Source: Octopus vulgaris (lineage: Eukaryota). From it: a stretch of DNA of 64,000 nucleotides. The DNA is taken from assembly GCA_951406725.2 (NCBI GenBank), contig OX597814.1, forward strand, positions 203,360,001 to 203,424,000. Direction: 5' to 3'. The translations under genes were made by a program, and so were the position numbers. Shown piece after piece: positions 11,741 through 25,516 of the stretch. The notes beneath the pieces were generated by a model, which worked only from the letters and a program-made list of their open reading frames with translations, was not told the origin of the DNA and ran no database searches. How positions within the stretch are numbered: the first letter of the stretch is position 1; each line of letters opens with the position of its first letter.

Positions 11741-13033
11741 GCCTTGATTCATGATCACGACATATTGTCCAGATTGTCATACTGCACTCCCATACAATTC
11801 ATCATCTACACCCTGGAATATGTAGTATGGTTCTCAACTAAGTGGAAATGTGGTATAAATAAGAAAAAGGATGTGTAGGTCATGCTTTTATCAATCGAAC
11901 TCATATATGTGTCAAAGAACTGCTCATTCTGAGCTGCTAACCTAGAGTTATATAGCAACATCATCATCATCATCATCATTTAATGTTTGCTTTTCCATGC
12001 TTGTGTAGGTCAAGTGGAATTTGTTGAGGCAAATTTTCTACACCCAGATGCTCTTCCTCTTACCAATCATCACCAGTTTCCATGCAAAATAATGTTTTCC
12101 TATTGTTAGACATGTTTTTTTTCATGGAAAACAGGAAACAAACAATCTTATTTGATGCTCATTTGCAACCAATTACATGATGTCAAGACAAAGGTACTTA
12201 CAAACACACAGACACACCTATATCATCATCATTATCATCGTTCAACATCCGCTTTCCATGCTGGCATGGGTTGGATGATTTGACTGAGGACTGGCGAACC
12301 AGATGGCTGCACCAGGATCCAATCTGATCTGGCAGAGTTTCTACAGCTGGATGCCCTTCCTAATGCCAACCACTCCAAGAGTGTAGTGGGTGCTTATATA
12401 TGGCAGGCTTCTTTCAGTTTCCATCAACCAAATCCACTCAAAGCTTTGGTTGAGCCTGTCCTATAGTAAGACACTTGTTCAAGGTACTGTGCCATGGGAT
12501 CGAACCCAAGATCACATGGTTAGGAAGCAAGTTCTCACCCACTCAATGATGCCTGTGCCAAAAAATAAAACACATAAATAAATGCAAAAATGTCAAAAAA
12601 TAAATTCTCAGAACTTTAAATACTATAATATTTTTTCCTTTTTACATTCATTGATCTCCAGCAAATACTGTTTCATCTCTAAATGCTGATTATTGATTGA
12701 TGTTGATTTTCTATAATTTTAAGAACAAGCTGAGTGCCCTTTAAAAGATTTGTTTTGTTATCTGAAGTTTTTGTGTTGATAAAATCCAATTCATTTCATA
12801 ACATTTTCTTTTGATTATTAAGATTATTTGTTATATTGTATTAATTAATGAATTGCATTCATTTTCCAATTTTCAGTTTAAAATTTGAGAAAGTGGTCTT
12901 CAGTTAAAACAAAAAGGTAAGGAACACCATTTATCCATAGTTTTTGTTTTCTTCAGGTAAACTTTAATTACATAATTCTGCTTATTACCTTCTTCATTCG
13001 TTAATTGTCATTCAACTCAATTTCATTTAATAA

Positions 13034-13336
13034 TCTTTTACTTGTTTCAGTCATTTGACTGCGGCCATGCTGGAGCACCGCCTTTAATCGAGCAACTCGA
13101 CCCCAGGACTTATTCTTTTGTAAGCCCAGTACTTATTCTATCGGTCTCTTTTGCCGAACCGCTAAGTAACGGGGACATTAACACACCAGCATCGGTTGTC
13201 ATGCAATGCTAGGGGGACAAACACACACACGCATATATATACATATATACGATGGGCTTCTTTCAGTTTCTGTCTACCAAATCCACTCACAAGGCTTTGG
13301 TTGGCCTGGGGCTATAGTAGAAGACACTTGCCCAAT
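13034..13336 (-). mobile_element. tRNA-derived SINE, 5'-truncated
   Basis: High identity to 10222-10596, lacking the tRNA head. Confidence 0.85.
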
Positions 13337-15686
13337 GTTCACTTTTTTATATTTGCACAGGTTAAACACAATTTGTTGAGGCAGATTTTCTGTGGGTGGA
13401 TTCTCTTCACCTGTTTCCAATCAAGGTAATACTTTCCCATAGTGAGACATGCTTTTTATGGAATACTGAAAACGAACAACCTCACTTATATGACAATAGA
13501 TGCTCATTTACAACCCTCACATGGTGTCTAACATGGGCACACACACACACAAACATACAGTAGGCTGCTTTCAGTTTCTATCTACCAAATCTCTTCACAA
13601 GGACTTGGACAGCCCAGAGCTATAGCAGAAAACACTTGCCCAAGGTGCCACAGTTATATATTATTTACATATCTATAAATTATTTTTCATGTTTTTTTTT
13701 TTGATCCAGCACTATATCATCAGACATTTATTAAAATCTAGCAAAAGTTTATTTAAATATTCTTAGCCTTGTCTAACTCTATCATAATAATATTTGAAAA
13801 CCTTTAAAAGCCTACTTCCTACAAAAACATACAATGAGAAAATAAAAGTATAAATTAAAATTAAACTGCTTGGTAGAAATTGCTTTTTATGTTTTATACT
13901 TCCAACTAGGTCATGCTCTCGTATTCTCTTGACCTACGAAGGTTACTACCACTTGTTAATACAATGAGAAATTTCTTAAAAATAGCTCACTTAAAATATC
14001 AATAACTTAACCGTAGTTGTAGTTAGCATTCTACATTGCATAAAAAAAAAAGCTGTCTTATCTTGTATTTAATATCCCCCCCACCAAAAAAAAACCCCCA
14101 GAAGCAACTAATATGGATTAATGACTTTATTTTAATTAACCATAGAGTTGATGTCTTATGTGACAGCTAATATATTTTGTCGTATGGATTGTCCTTGCAG
14201 GAAATGTGTCCTTATTTGAATGCCATAATCATGCATTTTAATTTGCTTTTACTTGAGGCTTGTACCTACATTGAGAGGCAAACAAGCCGAATATTCTTCA
14301 GAATGAAATTTGTTCTACATTGATTGCATCATACTCTCAACTGCAATAACATTGTAAACATTAATAAATCTTCTGACAGTGATTCTCACTCATTGTTTAC
14401 TGACCATCATTGTGGATCTCAAAATGTATCTCGTTCATAAGTACTCTACATATGTTGCAGTGTCAAATTGTCATTGTTCAAATATCATTCAATCAATTTC
14501 ATCTTTCTTTACTGACATATCATAATTCAAGACTTCTTTGTCCAGTTTATTCATATATTTTTAAAATAGCAAAAGTAGTTTTAGGGAAGGTGCATGGCCT
14601 AGGTGTCAAGGTATTGCATTCACAATTGCAAGTTTGTGGTTTCAGTACCCTAACTGGGCAGTGTGCTGTGTTCTCGAGCAAAACACTTTTTTTCACATCA
14701 CTCAGTTGTAAATGAATAACCCTATGATAGACTGGCCTCCTATCCAGGGGGAATGTTGTGATCTTGGTTACTTATATGCCATGGAAACCAGCCCTATTTT
14801 ATCCTAGGACTAATGTTCATGCTAAACAGTAATGTTCAGGGGTTGATAGTTTTAAGAATATTTGGCTGCTATTTTTTGCATATCTAGCAACTCTTTGGCT
14901 CATGATCTCCATAAAGAATGATTTCTACTAACACAGGCACATGGTCAGAAATTGAAGGAAAGGAACAGTTGATTATGCCAACCCCAGTATTTGACTGATA
15001 CTTTATTGACCCCCACAAAGATAAAAGGTAATTTTGGTCTTGACAGGATTTGAACTCCAAACATAAAGTGCCATAGCTAAAAGTATTTTGTCCAATTTTG
15101 TTCAAGCTTTGATTTCAGAAAACATTAAATATATGAACAAATTACACCATCTCTGCACTCTCTCCATCATTCTGTGACCATTGGCGCTGGTACAACATAA
15201 AAAGCATTCAGTATTCTTTGTAAAGGATCTTAGTAACCCCACCCACAAAAAAACTTTCATAAATTTCAATCATTTTCACAAATGTAATGGAGCATTGTTC
15301 TCATATCTGTAATAGATTTCCTACTTCAAATACTGGCATCAGTTTGTCAATTAAAATATTCAGGAAACCATACTTGAAAAATTCTCCTTCACTTTTGGTT
15401 GTGATGACATCATCACTCTGCCTCTTTCAATGTTATAGCACCATCTGCTCTTCCAATCTTACCAGATTTGCTTCATTCGGGCTATGGTAGCTGTAGAAGA
15501 GACAAATACTGTAGCTGTTTCTCTTGTAAACAGTGTGTCTTCCTAAGCCCTGCAGTTTTCATTTGTATATATTTTCTTAATAGCAGGGAGTTGGTGTTTA
15601 TCTGCAAGTCAGTTATGATTATTGCATTTATCAACTTTTTAGGGTAGGGACTACTTTCCATAATACATCTTTTATTTAAAATATTG

Positions 15687-16330
15687 TCATCATCATCATT
15701 TAACATTCGTTTTCCATGCTGGCATGGGTTGGATGGTTTGATCACAGTTGGAGCCCACACCAGATCCCATTATCTGTTTTGGTATGGTTTCTAAGGCTGG
15801 ATGCCCTTCCTAATGCCAACCACTTTACAGTACGTACTTTGTGCATTTTATGTAGTACCAGCACCAGTGCTTTATATGTGGTCCAGCGCCAGTATCAAGT
15901 CTGCTGTGGTGGACAGGTGTTCTTCAGTACAATATTTCATCCCATGTCTTCTTAGGTCTCCCTCTTCCACAAGTTCCCTCCACTTTGATTTGCACTTCTG
16001 CATGCAACTGTCTACATCTATACACATCACATGACCAAACCAGTGCAGTCTTCTCTCTCGCACACTGCATCTAATTACTCTTTTCTCTCAATGCATTAGC
16101 CGTCTGTCACTCATGTACAGACATTGCATATCCAGCGGAGCATACTAGTTTCATTCCTCTCTAACCCTCATGTTTTCTACATTCAGGGCCATCTTACATC
16201 CATGTAGCATTGCTATTTGTATACATACATCATACAATCTTCCTTTCCCCGAGAAGGAGACCTTTAGCTGCCAACAGATAAAAGCTCTCAGAAATTTCTC
16301 CATCTCATTCTTTTGATGCATCCTCCCCAA
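15687..16330 (-). mobile_element. RTE-like LINE 3' fragment with (GAT)n tail shared with a dispersed short repeat
   Basis: RERRLHWFGHVM matches the RRLRWFGHV C-terminal motif of RTE-type RTs. The tail CCAGCATGGAAAACG...AAATGATGATG recurs at ~12230, 31680, 33840, 50690 and 54920. Confidence 0.65.
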
Positions 16331-19300
16331 CAGCTAGTAAAATGTAATTTGAGGGATTTTGGCTGTTATTTCTAGCTGATCTTGCATGTCGTACTCTCTT
16401 ATGCTATGTATTTCCACCAAAATACTAACCCCTTTCATCTGTTTTATTTGTTTCTCCTTGACAATGGTTTTTAAAAATTACTTCATTACCAGGATCTACC
16501 AACTGATAGTCTCTTCTTTCTGTGTTCATGGTCACAATACTCTACAAATGACCACTAAATTATAAAGAGCTTATCCAGCCTAAGTCACTGTGATCGTGTT
16601 TGAAATCATCTCTCAAATCAAGATTTTAGTGAACTAAAACTGTTTTATTTCAAAGTATATTTTCTTGAGTCTTCAGTGAAATACATCTTATTTACAATCA
16701 AATTATCATCAATTGAATGTCTACTTTTCCATGCTTGTTCATTCAGGTAGATTTTCTACCACTGGATGCCCTTCTTCTTGCTAGCCTTCACCTGTAATAT
16801 TTCTCCACGATCAGACATATTTTCACAGAATATTGGAAATGAATGACACTCACACTCATTTACCACAAGACGTCAAACCAAGAAGACACAAATATACATA
16901 TACAACTAGCCTCTTTCACTGCCAAATCCGCTCACAAGGCTTTAGTTGTCCCGGAGCTATAGTAGAGGACACTATCCCAAAGGTGTCATGCAGTGGAACT
17001 GAACTCAGAATCAAGCAGATGAAAAGCAATTTTCTTGACCACACTGCCAGGCCTTCATCTATCTACAATCATAGATATGTGTGTATGTGAAGTTTCAATT
17101 ATTTGTGTAAACAGTTTTTTGTCTTTTCACTGAAATACACAATAGAAATAACTTATTCTATGATCAACTTATCTTTTGTTGCTATGGAAACCCCAAACTC
17201 AGATAAAAATCATATTATGCCAACAGGCAGGCTATAGAAATATTGAACTGGGATAGACTTATATATCCCATTGTAGTTTAAAGCTACATTCCTCTCTACT
17301 GTGGTACCTGTCAGGTGAAGGGGATTTTAGTTGTGTGCGCTAGGTGGTAACTCACTAGTGCTAGTGCCACAAAATATGCACCCATTATACTTGGTATATG
17401 AGTATGCAGGTATTTAAAAATTTCATGGCATGATTACCATGCCCTGTGTAGTTACAGGTTGCCCTTTAGCAAGGTATAGCACCTATTTAGCCACCAGAGA
17501 TATGGCAGATTGTGAAGAGGTAATGCAAGAGCTCAGCTGAGCCAACGGTGCTTCTTACATTGGTGCCTAGCAGAGGAATCCTAGATAAACAGTGAGGATC
17601 ACCAGGCTCTATCAAGAGGGTAACTGCAATGCATCCATGGTTGTGTAGTCAGCTAATGAAACATTTACTATGACTGAAGCTCCTAATTCAAATTCATAAT
17701 AATGGAACTGGATGGCAACAACCATTGGAATATGCAAAAGCAGTGCAACTCAATATATATACCCAGTAAAATAGGTGTTGGGAAGGGCATCAAACCAATC
17801 CACGTCAGCATGGAGGACATTAAACGAGGATGATGATATTCAATCTAGTCTCTAATAAACTAGGTTACCAACTTCCTTGTTGCCTTAGGATTGTGCTGAA
17901 CAGCATGTCAAAGCCTATAACACATTGAATTTGAGCTCCACAAACTTAATCTATTGGCTTTTTCCACCCTTCTCTACGTTGTTAATCTCAAGCACTCCCG
18001 AGACAGGTTATCATTTTTCACTTCAGCCTTTTTCATGTGCAAGTGCTGTGTAATGCATCTGATCAATGGAAATTTTGACTTCAGAAGGAATACTAACCTA
18101 GTTGGGACACATGAATCGCTCAAAATCCTTAAACTAACTACGAATACGAGGCCTTACAATTTCTCATGATCTTACATGGCATCATTAAATCTGCAATATT
18201 GCTAAAAGATCATCCAAATGTCTAATGCTTTCTTGAACAGTTATAATCTACATTTAGAGTACTGTTTACACATCCGAGGCAGTGCTACAGCTCTGTTACA
18301 AAAAAGAGCTACTCTTTTTTGTATATTAATTAATGTGCAAAATTAATGGTTAGGGTTAAAAAAAAAAAGGCTACCAACTGATTGAGAGATGTTTATATAT
18401 ATAACCAATAATGCAAAGGCAGTTGTCTCTTATTCTTCTACTGAAAATAACGCCTGTTCAAACTCCACCACCCTCTCTTCTCTCACCATTCTTATTATGT
18501 TCCATCTCTCCTCCTCCTCCAAGGCTTAGATGAAATACTTTGTTCCATTTCTTCCATAACTATAAAATTTCTGTTACTGCTCTCTCTGCCCACGTTTTTT
18601 CCTGCAGGCATCAACCTATACAAAATCAATAGAACATCAAGCACACCAATTTGAAAGGATTTGCACAGTTTATAGGTGTCACCCTTATTCTTTAGACTAA
18701 ATTTCTTTTTTTATAAATCAATCAAATAGCCAAAATCCAGCATCCCATTAATATGTACAAATAGCAACTATTTCAGCTTCCTTCAGAATACAACTTACTT
18801 GATTAGAACTCTTTAAATCTGGTAGTAAAAGTAAAATTGAAGGTGGCTGCTTCAAAGAGTCATGAAGCTAATCTGTTAGTAAAGGAATAAGATATATATA
18901 TATATATATATATATGTTTTCCCACGCATGCACATGATGCAGTTGTTGGATTGGTGACTCTTTTTTACTGGAAAAGAGGAATTAATTTTGTAACAAAATT
19001 TATTGGTTAAAGTTTTGTATTATCATCAGTGTTGTTTAATATACAAGTACACTCTCTCACTGAGCTGTGGACATGAAATTAAGGTAATTTACGTTAAATT
19101 TCATTATACAAGCGCTAAATGTTTGGTATAAAAAGAGAATCACTCGATACTGAGTAGATAAACGAACAAAAATAACTTATAAGATTTTGTAGTTTCGTTA
19201 ACTTTACTCATCAAGAAACAATTGTTCTTAAATGATAATAAAGGTTATGTTTAAAGATATATTTACTATAAGTAGTGAGATCAGAATTATGTGATAAATG

Positions 19301-22300
19301 AAACTGAAAATATTCATGTAATTTATCAATTCACGTAAAGACTTAGACCCACCAAATTGAGTTGGTTACCAATTATATTGATTTGTTATGACTAGCTGCA
19401 TAGATCGAGATATATTGTACAGGTAAATGGGATGTTATGATGTCCATGCTTTTTTTTGTTTTGTTTTGGTCAAAACTATCAATTAGAAGGTTAAATGAAG
19501 CTAAATAGCTTTAAAGTAGGAAATGAAATCAAACAGCAAATGCCAAAACAATATTTAATTTATAATAAACCAGTGCTGTTTAAAATAATTATGAAATATA
19601 TTTTTTTTGATCACCATTAATTAATGTACAAATTGTATTTCGGAATTTTCAACCTTAATGTTTTGTGTGTGTATATATACATAAAATATCTTTGCTCTGT
19701 CAGCCAGGAAATGAAAAGGAAATCTCGACATCGTGAATAAGTTTTCTTCCCTTGTAGACTATGGGTAATGATTCTCTCGTCAGCTTATACAAAACAGCTG
19801 CATTTGAAATGTATGTTGTGTTGTTCAGCTGAAAAATGGCGGATAGAGAACATTTGGTAAATGAAAGATTCAAATTTGTTCCGAGTTATGCCTTATATTA
19901 GAATTCATATGCATATACGTTAGTTTTGTTTACTAAATATAATCGTAGAAATGCTTTATCTTTGCAGTTTTTGAAAGAATCAAGTGATGTTTTTACGCCG
20001 AAAAACATTAATTGCTCTCCATAAAAATACCCACTGAAAGCGATGCTGTGATGGAAAAACACAAATTACTGAATGTTAGGGCACAAATTAACAAACATGT
20101 CGAAAAATCAATTATGGTAAGTTTTAATTTCATTTAATAAATTTATTTAAGAAAACGTTTTTTTCTTTTATATTCGACTCGAGCTTAATTTATTATACTG
20201 ATGCTTGGGTTAAATGTAATTCCAATTGTGCTTTTGAATAACTGTGACACCAGTCTATATATATATATATACATATATAAAAAACATTTTGAATATTTAG
20301 AAACGTTTTAAGCCAAGCGTTTTACCATCGCCTGCCTTCAACAGATAAATCAGGTCCTAAGAGGTACTGTTGAAGATGAATAGGTTAGAGCTACAAATAT
20401 GATAATGGAGAAGGTCATATTTCCGGCATTCTCTACACCTTCTTGTTTCACTTCGATTCACATGAATTTGATGAAAATATATATATACACCTACATTATT
20501 AAACACTTATCGAATTTATCTGTACATAAACGAGCTCTGGTACAAAACGAAAATGAACGCATGGAAACAACATACACCCAATCTACCAATGAATCATTTT
20601 TACATAAATGACAACTAAGATTAATTAAACTGAGTTAATTACCGATTTATTGTATATTTCATAAGCAATATACACAGCACACTTTACAATTTTTTTTTTT
20701 TACACATTCGGAGTTCCCTCACGTCTAGGATTAATATTTTACAAGCCAAATGAAGTAAACTAACCAGTGATTGCTAAAATTAACTAAACTAATTTGATTA
20801 CTAAATTATAATATATTTCATAAACAATATAACACTGTACTATAAATTTTTTTTAGACATTCGCTAAGTCCAGCATCTCTCATTTTCTATGTGATACCTT
20901 TCAATTTGTGTATCGGAGGTGTTTGATTAGGTACAGATTCGACAGCTTTACCTTAAAAACATTAATTAGCTTTTGTGTGAGAATATGTCAAAAGTATTAA
21001 GATTCGCGAAACCGCGTTAAATTTCCATCCAGCCATTGATAGCCTCCCTTAGCACATGGGCTGAAGACATAATGAATGTCAGAATATTCATTTTCTGCCA
21101 ATATTTTAATTAGATACCCATTTAGAATTACTTAACTAGAATTACTTAACAACACCTCATTACATCTAGAAAAACGTGTGCTGAAATAAAAACAGCTTTG
21201 TTAATTCTTCTAAGTTATTTTTCGACATGTAGACCATTCATTTCGATTCATATTTTCCAAGTCGATTAGATTATTATCAGCAACTGGAGTAATTTAGTTA
21301 CAATGGTGTTTTTCTCTTTTCTCTATCTGCCAAAAATAAAGTGAATCAGCAAGGATGGCATCTCTTTATATGTGAAAGTTCATGTATGGAACTGCTCCGT
21401 AATCGTTCAATGTGCTAAAAATAGCAGCAAATTTGCCCCCAAAAGATAACCTACCATCTTATAAAAGGATACGTTACATCTTGTAGTCTTCGGTTTGCCA
21501 TACATTGCAGGGGGAAAAACGATGAAATGGTCATTGTTGGGATGTTTTTGATCATCGGGTTGCTCTAACGTGTGGTTAAACAACACAATAGCTTAGCTTC
21601 ATATTTGTTACGGTTTCAAATTCTAGCAGTGCTGCCCAATTCGAATTTTGGAACCAGGAAATGATGATCGGTTAGTAATTTTCTGATTTCGCTCATCAAC
21701 ACATGAAGATTGAAATCATAATTATATTGAGAGCCATATTTATTTATAATTAAATGAATATGTTCTTGACTGCACTTGCCTTACTGTATTCAAACTGAGA
21801 TGTGAATAAAGCAAAGTAGATACATTTTACCTTTACAATAATATCAACGTCGATGATACATATATATATGATTTTTAAACGAGCAAATTTTCTACACCTT
21901 ACCTCTTTAATACCAGAAAATCTATCATTTTCTTGATTCTGAAGTTGCATTACCTTCTTACTTAAATTACTGTTATTATTCAATAACCTGGTGGTTTTTA
22001 AAGTAACACAAATTATTCTGTTTCTGTAAGATCCAAAAATTCCGCCAAGAAATGATCAATGAAGACAAAAGGTTATTTTCCCCCCTTTCATTTAAAGCTA
22101 TTAACCATCTAAAACTACCTCTATATATAACCAGCACAATATCTCAAAATAATCTCCACTAAATTGTGACAATTTATGGAAGACGAGTGTGTAATCAGCA
22201 ATAGGAATGTTTGGACATTTCGACAATCAAATACTGAGATCTATCTGCATATATATACATATACACAAAATGCTTACTGTAAAACCAGTGGACTAAATAC

Positions 22301-22799
22301 TTTAGGTTTATCACTTCGCCCTACATCTTGAATATTTGAAGCGCACACACACACATTTATATATATCTTTTTGTATATGGAGGCATTTACGTTTACTTTA
22401 ACCGCATATTTTATATAAGTCAAATGCTATTTTTTATGTTAAATAATTAGTAAATCCTAATTAGAAGGAGGCAGAAATATGATCCCTCACTTCATAAGCG
22501 GATTGCTTCTACTTCAATCATGGCTGGCTTCTGACTAGATTTTTCTCTTCAAAATTTCTTTTAAAATCATAATAAACATCTTCTTTACTTAGAAATACAT
22601 AATAATTACCTTTATTAATAACATTATTATTATTATTATTTTACTAATAACTCTAATTTACAATATACAATTTAAACAGAAATCTCACATAGAACATTAG
22701 CAAAAAGGAATTTTTTTGTCTTTCATGTCATTATTTTTACACGATAATTATGAAAATAACCAACAATTCTCTTGTGTTTCCTCACCAAATAATAGACAT

Positions 22800-23800
22800 C
22801 GTTTAATTGATCTGATATTGATGTTTTGTGTTTCGTTTGGTCGACTTTATACCAATGTGTTTTAAGAACTCCTTAATATGGTTCTCTTGTCTCTGGTGCT
22901 TTGTGACTACCATTATTATTATCATCATCATTCGTTGGTGGAGAGATAAAAATTCTCGATCAGATTCTTCGCGTGGGATACATCTCGAATCTGTTTTAAG
23001 CAAATTTATGGAGATAGAGTTATAGTATAAAGGTTTACATTAAATAATAGTTGTTCACAAGTAGTAAGTACTTCGATAAAACATCCGAGTCCGTCTTGTA
23101 TTAATGGTTCTGGCTTCTTTGTAAAAGTCTTCACCTCCGTATCTCTGCAGTTGGTGCTTTGTCTTATTGATACCCCCCGATATAAATATAAATATACTTT
23201 GGTTAGATCTATGTTTTTTTGTTTGTTCTCTAATTCCCTCTTAACAACACTGGTTCCTGTTAATTACCTTTTTTTTTTTTGGTTCTACCAAAGCCATCCA
23301 GTGAGTGAAACGTACGAGTTGGAAACCAGTGAATGAATGTGCGCGTGCGTATGTGTGAGTGCGTGCGTGTGTGTGTGTGTGCGTTAGTTATCTGTTGTGT
23401 GCGCGTGTGTGTGTTGTAGTGTGTGTGTGTGGACGTGACTGCGCGCGTGTGTATTAACTGGGTCATGTGGTACTCACTCAGGAAACATGGCTGACCAAAG
23501 TGAATCGGAAGAACTGGACGCCGATCGAAAGTCTTTTTCTACTCATTTACTGTAAGTTCACTCGTTATTTTCCGCAAACTTTCTTCTCGCCTCGCTGTCC
23601 GTTGCGTATATGTCGAAGTCGAAGCTGCACCAACCGAACATGTTTTCAGAAATGTGGAGAATTTCAACAAGACTATATATATAATAACTATCATCTTCAG
23701 TCCTTCTCCCCCCCCTCTCTCTCTCTCTTTCTCTCTCACACTCTAATCCTCAAAACCCGATCCACGATGTTTCTTGTGTCTGATGCGAGTTCCAACAATC
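22800..23800 (+). promoter_or_regulatory. CpG-rich promoter / first-exon region of SETD2, with a (GT/GC)n tract at ~23338-23452
   Basis: By eye, CpG density is much higher here, and moderately high over ~19700-25400, than in the CpG-poor introns. It contains the candidate ATG and an E-box-like gtcatgtg at ~23462. The TSS was not determined. Confidence 0.6.
23487..23551 (+). CDS. SETD2: SETD2 probable first coding exon (MADQSESEELDADRKSFSTHL-L)
   Basis: ATG in a strong context (aaacATGg), 21 codons plus 2 nt, then a consensus donor CT|gtaagt at 23552. The phase-2 end matches the phase-2 start of the giant exon (CT+G=Leu, then ENRNLSQQ...). It lies in the most CpG-rich part of the window. It is absent from the ORF track and is assigned by phase and context, not homology. 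Confidence 0.7.
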
Positions 23801-25454
23801 ACCATAGCCATTTTATTCCTCTTTTCCTTGTCCCCCAATCTCTCTTTTTGGTACATACTTTTGATATTGTTTGTTATTTAACAAGAGAACAGCACACTGC
23901 CTCTTTTTTTGTTTTTCACATTGCTTCTCTTGTCTGCCTTTAATGCGATCCTGTTTGACAAGCCTACTAATATATATACATACACACACATATATATATA
24001 TATATGTACCTTTCAAACACTATCCTTGCTACACCATATTTATTTATTTATTTTCCACAACTCCCAGATGTGTTTCTTGATTATCATAACTTTTTAAAAC
24101 ACTTGACAGAAATTGTTATTGCCACAAACATAACACATACCATGGTTTTCATATGAGGAGTGATTAGTCAACTCTTGTCAACAAAATTTTACCAGTTCTT
24201 CTACAATAACACTATACAAAACATATATGGTTTTATTATTAGGATTTAGATATGTAAATAAATATAAAACATTATTACCATTAAGCCAGGACACAGCCTT
24301 TATAGATAGACAAGCTCTGTTAATATAACCATAATTCTGTGTGTATTTTATATATGTATATATATATAGTATAGACAGATTATATTCATTAATAATATAT
24401 ATAGCAGTACTAACCTAACCACACAATTTTATAGATAAATAGATGGATTATATCTATTAAATAATATACGTATATATGTAATATATAACTACAAACTGAT
24501 CACACAATTATATATATTAATAGATTTTATATATAGAGATTATATTCATTAAATAAAATAAGCGTTTGTATTCATATCAAATATATGCGTATAATACAAA
24601 ACTAGGTGTGTTAGGTTTATTGTAGTAACACTATATATATATTTTACATGACAATTAAAATACTTGTTTTATTTTCGATTTAAATCTGTTTACGTTAGCT
24701 ATTGAAGATTTCACTTCCTTATTATAATATCATCCACCTACAGAAGTTTTAGATCATTTTTTTCGATAGCTATCTCAACATTTTTTCTTATATATTTTAT
24801 ATTTGGATCTTGTTAAACAGCATCAGCTAAACTATAACTGGTTAAATACTTCCATCTTAATATAACTGTTGCCCTTGCTTTTTTTTTATTATTATTATTC
24901 TGTGAAAGCCATTGAATTTTATCCTTACCTGCATTAATTATGTTAAATTTAGAAATAAAACTCGTTTAAAATGATTTACGATGACTTTCTTTACGAAGGT
25001 AACAGTAACATTTTTTAAAATAATGGTCTCCTTTTTGCTGCTTAGGAATCCTTAAGTATTACATTTACATTTATTTCTGCGAGCTTTACGCCTGCTCTCT
25101 TTAATAAATTCAACCACCTCTGGTGGAACAAAAACAAGCGAAAATATCTAAACTATTTCGTTTATATTTCCATACAAAACTTGGGACATTGTATTCCGTG
25201 ATGGAAATATCGTTATGGTAACAATTAAAAAGTAAAAAAAGAACTGTATCCTAAATGTGATGATTAAAAATCATTTCGCCATCTGTAAAATTGCGAATTT
25301 CCAATTTCATCGGTGGATGAGGTGACATGTTGGGAGTTCAATTGACAAAATAATCTTTAGCGAAGAAGGGATCAGATTTTAAAATGATCTGTTGTGTAGA
25401 ATCAAAAATAGATATACACTAGCAGACTGTTTTGACAATTGCTTCAAGATATTT

Positions 25455-25516
<62 letters not shown>

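Noticed and set aside
12877-12916. 40-nt exon-like segment (tttcag|...AAAG|gtaagg)
   Set aside because: It has stops in all three frames and no partner exon. It could be a UTR or lncRNA exon but cannot be supported.
23467-23943. 158-aa + strand ORF over the promoter region
   Set aside because: It has a GTG start, is in a different frame from the strong-context ATG at 23487, and runs through the donor into CT-rich intron sequence.
24330-24560. Diverged AT-rich tandem copies (also ~20590-20865)
   Set aside because: Ordinary old local duplications of low-complexity DNA with no further structure.
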